DNA of 64,000 bases. Source: Tubiluchus corallicola. Lineage: Eukaryota > Animalia > Priapulida. Positions 56,401 to 64,000 of this stretch are shown here, in pieces. The notes beneath the pieces are model-generated. The model ran no database searches. It worked only from the letters and a program-made list of their open reading frames with translations, and was not told the origin of the DNA. The stretch spans positions 22,466-86,465 of the forward strand of contig JAQGDQ010000868.1 in assembly GCA_030141605.1 (NCBI GenBank). The letters are read 5' to 3'. The position numbers and the translations under genes are program-made. Numbering within the stretch: the stretch's first letter is position 1; every line of letters begins with the position of its first letter.

Positions 56401-57598
56401 TATTCATTATTCATAATGTTCATTATTATTACATTTATCTCGACTGGATTTTCGAAAAAAGTTGGAAATAAGTTGCTGTTGGTTTTATACATGTATATGC
56501 ATCCATTAAAATTAACGTGTTACATTTGCTGTCTGAGCAAATGAAAGACCACAGGATTTAAGAAAGTTTTGCATTTCAAAGAAGGAAATGTGCTCCCCCG
56601 TATCGCGTTTTAATGACTCAAATTAATGTTATCGCAAATATTTTAAAAAGGTAGAAAAGAAAATTTTAAACTATACTCTTGCTATATTATATTATATAAG
56701 TTATATTACTTAGCATTACGCTTACCTATTCGAAGACTTGTTTAGTTGAAAAAGAAAATTCTAAATAATTAAAAATGTGCACGTGACCTGTTAAAACTGC
56801 ACTGCTTTGCCATCATAGTTTGCACCACTGATTAAAAAAACACATTAAAGACCTTATTGACATTATTAAATGATTTTAACTTTTGCACAGATAGCGAAGA
56901 ATGTGCTACGAAAATGTTCTGATTATTTTTTTACCTTTACCCAATGTTGTGTAAACTTTTTTCAAACGAATTGCTGTTAAAATGGCTGGGCCTAACAGTT
57001 GTCGTTATAAATTTACAAGTTTTGTACAGCGTTACCTAGTGCTAGCTCTATACGTGACGAGACAACGTGTAAGTGATACAAAAATTCAAGACGAATTTTT
57101 AAACTTTTTTATAAAGAGTGTTTTCTTGTGCTTTAAGCTAATATTATTTTAAATAGTGTAGTTGTGAATTCCTGAAAATACAAGTGTTATTTACCTTTAA
57201 AACATTATGCGCGATGGTATCTTATGACCATGGTAGCTGGCGAACTTTAGGACTCTTAATAAGTCTTGATTTGTCTATATATAAACTCCTGCAATGCAGA
57301 TGGTGTGTAAATCTTTATCATCTATTGTGAATAATTATGTATATATTATAATGTACATTGCAATTTTTTGTCATCTATAAACAAGGTGCGCCATGACACT
57401 CGTAAAAACAAATAGAATGCTAATGCTGATATGAGAAGCAAAGATGCATTTTGTTGATAAGGGTCAAGAAGTTCATCCCACCCACTGGTCACTTAGTTGA
57501 ACACACTTTCAAGAGGTAGATTAAGTGTTGCTATTTGAAGCCATTCCGGACAGGAAATGGATTCTTTTGTTTATAAACAAGTTTATAGTTTCCTGAAG

Positions 57599-58085
57599 TT
57601 ATTACTGCACGGACAATTTGGTAACCGTTTGGAGAACAGTCTTCGTTGGAGTTCCATTTTGGTAATTTTTTACCTATTGGTTCCGAAGCTTAAAAGCTAA
57701 CAAAATAAGGTTAAAACAAGTTCATAAACATACAGTTCAACACTTAGAACGTTTGAGGTTTCAAGATTTTAAACGAAAAACATCCCACTTTGCCATAATT
57801 ACAATATTTTCAATTTTAGAATATTGCATTCTTTTACAGTATTTAAGTCAAATGTGGGTCACACCGGACTGGTTCACTTTTTATGACTTTTTTAATGCAA
57901 GCCCGACTTTTTTCGTTTTTACGCTTCACTTCTTAATTTTAGTCTGTATCGCATTTTAATGCATTTATGTGTCAAGAATTTGCGTACATTTATGTGTATT
58001 GTCTGTATTAAGCCTGTGGGGCATTTGATGGCTACTGTTGTCATAATTTTGTTGTTGTTTTATGTTGTTAAAAATAAAATGACTT

Positions 58086-58170
<85 letters not shown>

Positions 58171-58333
58171 ACGTCATCATCATCAACGTCATCATCGTCG
58201 TCGTCGTCGGCGTCGTCGTCATCATCATCATCATCATCAACGTCATTATCATCAATGTCATCGTCATTGTCATTGTCATCGTCGTCGTGGTCGTCGGCGT
58301 CGTCATCATCATCACCATCATCATCATCATCAG

Positions 58334-58367
<34 letters not shown>

Positions 58368-58837
58368 GACGGCGTCATCACCATCACCATCATCATCATC
58401 ATCATCTTCTTCTTCATCAAGTCTGCAGTCAAACGTGGAAGAGAAAGACTGAAGTTCAGTCTTACCGGTTTTTAGCGCTCTGCTTTTGCTGCCATCTAGT
58501 GAGTATACTGCAGTACTGCATAAGGCAATTGGGCCATGTACAAAAGTGTATTCCACATTTGCCTAAAATGAGAAATATGCATAATAGCACAGATTTGTTG
58601 TTCGTTATCTTTATGACCATCTGTTTGCAAATTACATTGCGTGTTGCGGTACAGCGTTTTTTGCATCTCATATAGGAAACGTTAGGTATTTGTGACGTCT
58701 GGCTGGCTTGTATAGGTGTATATATATATAAAATATAGGAATATAGGCATATAGTAAGTAATTTTAACTTTTACACAGGAACTCCAACGGAGACTGTTCT
58801 CCAAACGGTTAAGAAACTGTACGTGCGGTAATAAGTT
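57599..58837. mobile_element. Putative MITE/foldback with >=58-bp inverted termini enclosing a (CAT)n tract
   Basis: TTATTACTGCACGGACAATTTGGTAACCGTTTGGAGAACAGTCTTCGTTGGAGTTCC matches the reverse complement of GGAACTCCAACGGAGACTGTTCTCCAAACGGTTAAGAAACTGTACGTGCGGTAATAA. Outer ends and TSD not resolved. Confidence 0.65.
58087..58420. repeat. (CAT)n/(CGT)n microsatellite
   Basis: Direct reading. Confidence 0.97.
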
Positions 58838-61800
58838 CTATACTGCAAATAGGCATATATTTCTAGACGAAAAATGAAATGCTTTCCAACAAATTAACAA
58901 AAATCTGTGGTCGTGCTAAAATGATGCTACCCGTTGTTCCCGTTTTAGTGACAGATGAACAGGGCGCCACCGAAACTGAAACTTACTGATGTCTATGATT
59001 ATTAAGTGTTAAAGGTTTACATGCACGGTTTTAAGATGAGACTGGATGCGTGGAGGTAGGTTCAGCCAACTTGTAAAACAATTTCCGGATTTGCAAAGGT
59101 TTATTACTACAGGATAAGCGGCTAACTACGAAAACGAAACAAGGACCTGACACATAAACAACTTTATGCAAAAGCGTTGTGGTATTACCAGTATAAAGAA
59201 TTAAACTGTATTATTACAAGAAGTATAAAACTCAATAAAAATATACTACTGCAACGCGGAGTGCCGGTACTGCCTACAACAGAACTTTATAATGCTTTAA
59301 CAACAAGACCCAGTGTTGCTAATTAATAATTACATTGGTAAAATAATCTGAAGTCCAACACTGGATTTGAACCTTTGTCCTTTTAAGTCTATGATAGACA
59401 TGCTATGGGAATGCCAATAATTACTTCCGCTACACCCTCTTGTGCAGTCTGCTAGTTTCTATTGTTGAAATAATATCTCCTTTCGTTTGAAGATTGCAGA
59501 AACGTATAAGAATGTTTAAATTGCATCTGTAAATTACGGTATTTTGCTTCAACAATATTGTAAGGTTTCTTCTATTTGATCTGCTGCTTCTAAACAAAAA
59601 CGTTCTTCACTGTAGCGAATAAAGCTTGGTTTAGCTGCTCTTTGGATTCCTGTTAAAATCGGCGTAGACGTAGAATACAAAGTTACTAAAGTAGAGCGTC
59701 ACAGCCTCATTACTACCGCCCAAGGATGTAGGGGTGAACTAGCGTAACCTCGCCAAACTGCCTAATGTAAGCCTTCAGACGCTGCTTCGTGTCTCTGAAG
59801 TTCTTCCATCTGTTTTATCTCTTCTGCGGTTTGTTTTGCAGCATTAATGCCGTGTTATTAATGTTCAGAAGCCGAGGAAAAACATCTGCGCCATTTCTTG
59901 TTATTAGTGCTTGCATAAGTAGCTATTAAAAGCGCCTCGGAGCAAATTTGTCCAAGTCCAATACAACGCTTCAACTCGATTTCTGGAAAGAAGTTCTATT
60001 TCATTATAGATTTCATTATCAGCTTACAGAGCAGACGATTTGTGTCAGAGTAGGAGCAACCTCTGATTTTAAAGACGGTGTCTACGGCCTTTGAAGCCTC
60101 TTCCTGATGTGGAGGCGTGACTTGGACAGGCTGCAGATTTTGAACTTGTTTACCTTTACAAATGTCTGATGATGGTACATGGTCCATTATTTTGGTGTGA
60201 AAACAATTACAGTCGTTGTATTGCTTTCAACCGAAACGTAGTCCTCTCGGTTGGGCTTCAAACAGTCAGATTAGTCACAAATCAATGAACGTCACAAATT
60301 CTATGGAATTGAATAAGCAGCATCACGTTTAAGAAACTTAAAGCAGGTTGCCGACAAGCCTAGTCTCTTGCGTCTGTAAAATTTAGAAACAATAATAATA
60401 CGCGTGCCCTTTTCCGACTGTAGGGACAAAACTGATAACTCAAACCCAAGCCGAATACCGACGTGCTTACCAAGTCGTTTATAATTAACATACTTGTATC
60501 AAATTAAACAATATTGAAATGACATTAACTTACTAATTTCTAGAGATTATATGCGCATTTTTATATGTATAATATATAAAAACGCTTTATTTTACAAACA
60601 TAAACACACGTACAGTTAACAAATCACATACTTAAATAAACAACGCTTACAGGAACACGTATATAGGACAAAGTATGTATGTTAATTAAACTAATTTAAA
60701 GACACATATGTATTAGTACTGTGAGTGCAACATTTTCGCATCTGTAAGTTACACTAAAATTCCTTCATTTTTAATCCGCAGAGACATTTTAGAATTGTCA
60801 TTTTTCAGCCGCTGCTTTTTCGCCCACTCGCATTATAAATCAGTGAAATGCAGCCGAAACCACTATGAAATCTTACCGAAATGTTCCGGCTGGCTTCTTT
60901 GACTGCATTGTGTGGGTTTTTACTGCTGTCTCGCGAGACCTTAGATCTGAGCTTCATCTCTTCAACTAACTCCTCAACTTGATGAAGTTTATGCGTCTTA
61001 ACTCCTCCACTCAGGTAATGCGGGAAGCGAAAGACAACAATGACGTAATCATTCTTGCTGGCCTTCGACATTAACAAAATAATGGCCAATAAAGAAAACG
61101 GGTTCGAGAAACAATAAAGGAACGTTGTAATGCCAGGTTCTGGTCCAGGAAAATCGAAGACGGGGTTAATTTATCCCACGACGATTATTACTGGTTTAAA
61201 TGATGGATGCGTTGTCAGAAGACAGGTTTCTTCAGCTTAGCACGCTGCTGCTGATGGCATCTGATTTGTGGAGGCTGACGTTGGTAAATAGAACTCAGCA
61301 ATGAGAACAAGCGATTGGATGGTTTACATTCTCAACGAACCACCATTACGTATTTACGCAATGCTAATAAGATTATTCTTTTCCTATACATGTACTTGAC
61401 AGGTTTTCTTTTTGTCCTCACATGTGCTTGTTGACAGAAACAATTGATCACTCGTCACATAATATCTTTTTTGTAAGCTAATGTTCATAGAACTGAACTA
61501 GAGGTAGAAATAGCTGAAACTGGCTAGTTTTTTTGCAAAAGCACCACAGAAATGAAATTAGTTGTTAAAATGAGGTCGTTTATTAAAATGACAATACGTT
61601 CAATATAGCAAGACAAAAAAGGTGGGGCACACCCAAACAGGCCCTATTTCAAGGGGGGGGGGGGAATACCGCCCCACATAATACGTGACTATACTAATCA
61701 CAGTACTGCTTGCGTCTATGATGATAAACATAATAAAGCATAGCTTGCAATACTACAATACATTACAAAATTAGGTAAAGCAGTTTGAACAATATATAGT

Positions 61801-62805
61801 GGTACATCATATAAAAGTTCCACCCTACAGAAAAAAACAGTGCAATGGTAAAAGAACCTAAATCTAAAGTTCACATAAAAATTACAATGCCTGCTGTAGG
61901 AGTGGGTGGAGAGGGTGGGTTTTCACATCCAACGACAGCAGGCACATGGGTGATTCTCGACGAGACGAAGGATGCCATTCGCTAATTGGACGGCTAGAAA
62001 CAATGCGCCGACACTGACGCGCATGCTCACGAACATTCCTCACAAAAACTCATTAAACATTGTTGCTATTGTATCAATGTTTACATTTTTGTGCTCTCAT
62101 TTTTGCTACTATTGCTCTTTTGTATTATTATTGCCTTTATAGAATAAAGCTCATTCTGATATAGGCTTTAAATTTCGAAGATTTCTTCACTTTTGCTCCA
62201 ATCACACATTTTCGAGGACATAACTATGAACTTTTTATCAATTCTTCTAGGTTGAAAGAGAATTTGTAGTATATGGAATGACCTCAGTTATGACATTGTC
62301 AATTCGTCTAACCTATCAGTTTTTAGTAGGAAGCTAGCCGAAACTTTTTTGTTAAAATATTGCAAATTTATCAGATTTCTATAAACCATTTTACCCCAGT
62401 TCACTGACTCCTCCCAGCTTTGATAAATTTACACTTTGCATGCATTTTATTGATTTTTTATTTTATCGTATTTTAATGTAAGCAATGACTTTTATCCAAC
62501 CCCCGTAAACTGATGTATTTTAATTTTGCGTATTCAGAATATAAGCTGGCCTAAGAGCTAATATAGCCTGCCAGTCTCATCTTTTATAAAATAATAATGC
62601 TTAATGCAAGTATGACGCGTTATTTTTCTGTAATGCTGGTTTATCGTTTTGTGCTTTAATCGCTAAAAATTAAGACAAGCAGTAACATTTACATAGAATG
62701 CTTGTTACATATCCGAAATGTCGAGATACTTGGAGTAAAGCTTATAATAAAACTGTAAATATAGCACCTGAAATACATAAGCCTAGTTACTGCTGCTAAA
62801 CATTA

Positions 62806-63301
62806 CATGTTGGCATCCTTCTGTCTCCGAAGACAATGGAATGTGTGCCAAGAGAGTCCGATCCTTGAACGTCTCCAGGGCGCTCGCCTGGGCAAGGTGT
62901 ATGGAGATCCTGAGTTGCCCAGACCGCATGACCCCCCTCTCTTCCTCCCTGGTGTAGTCCAAAGGAAAGCGGAGCGATACGTTTGGCACCAGGTTGGCTG
63001 CAGGAGCTGCCGGAGTCAATGAGCATGCTGCACTGGTCCGCCTTCGGGGCTCCACTCCTGATTTGAAAGGTTTACTCCTCTACACATGGCCGTTGGGTCA
63101 CTTGACCTCCTCCGCCCTCTAGCCGTTGGCTTCTTGTACAGCTCCTCCGCCTAGTGTCGAGATACAGTGTGGGCATCCCGCAAGCCTACAGCACCTGGTA
63201 TTCCTAGGCGGTCACCCACCCAAGCTCTAACCAGTCCCTACGTTGCTTAACTTCGGTGATCAGACGAGAACCGGTGTTTTCAACGTGATCTGGCCGTAGA
63301 G
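62806..63301 (-). mobile_element. 5S rRNA-derived SINE with RTE-like body, copy 2, with 12-bp TSD
   Basis: 5S head at 63300-63182; body collinear with copy 1; TGCTAAACATTA at 62794-62805 and 63302-63313. Confidence 0.92.
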
Positions 63302-63932
63302 TGCTAAACATTAAAGCATAGTAAAGTGTACGTAAAGATATATAATGCCGTGTACGTCTTGTTCTTGTACTTTAGTTATGTGGTATTAGCAAACTATGAA
63401 CAAAATGAAAGCAAGGTCAGCCATACCGGATTGCAGTGCTTCTGGCATGTATGTAAACCTATCTCTACCACATTTTAGTCACATTAGCAGAAGATCGTGT
63501 TATAGCAATTAGGTTACTGCAATACACTGGTAATAGTATTATAACTGCTATTATTAACTCGCATAGACTAAACAAATCTTGCTTTTTTGTGAAATGGAAC
63601 GAATTAATACATAATTAGCCTCTAAAATTTATTTAGCCTTTAATTTACTAAGCCTGTGTGTTTATTTACTCTTGTAATTTTTATTTCATTGTATTTTATT
63701 TCATTTTAGTACCGTATTTGTATTTTATATGGTCTTAGTTGCCGGGATATAAATTTGAATTGAATACCACTTAGGGCCTTTACTTAAAAGGCGAATTGCG
63801 AATGCGCCTTTGCGTATGTGCTGAAGTCGTAAAAAATCATAGGAAACACAGTTGAATTAGAAGAAAACGGCACGGTTTTTCTAATCAAAAATACGTATTC
63901 GTTGTAAATTTTCTTGTTTTTGCTGTTTTTAG

Positions 63933-64000
63933 GGAAGCCTATGGCGTTCCGCGTTGTTGTTTGGAGTCAAAAGTCGACTTCACAGCAGATTATTCACGTT
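63933..64000 (+). CDS. Candidate next exon of the MAM gene, cut by window end
   Basis: Strong acceptor ttttcttgtttttgctgtttttag|, shift to higher GC, open in phase 1 (G-KPMAFRVVVWSQKSTSQQIIHV). Only 68 bp visible and all three frames are open. Confidence 0.35.

Overview
AT-rich, repeat-dense genomic DNA of a eukaryote, most likely an invertebrate animal (GT-AG introns, LINE/SINE/MITE content, TTAGGG-type interstitial repeat). Most long ORFs in the supplied track are microsatellite artefacts. Reading splice sites by hand gives two + strand gene segments. The first is eight phase-compatible internal exons (2644-18649) of a mosaic extracellular protein, WSC-WSC-FN3-Ig-Ig-LDLa, with no start or terminal exon visible. 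The second is a probable first exon (35887-36115) encoding a signal peptide plus the start of a MAM domain behind a CCAAT/GC-box promoter, with a candidate next exon at the window end. Non-coding DNA holds two copies of a 5S-rRNA-headed SINE with an RTE-like body, a frameshifted CR1/L2-type LINE, several LINE 3' fragments, TA-flanked and hAT MITEs (two with large internal microsatellites), and many minisatellites. It also holds an unexplained 5.6-kb non-coding element with ~1.47-kb near-identical direct repeats around a 45-bp higher-order array. All domain and family calls come from motif recognition by eye, not database searches.
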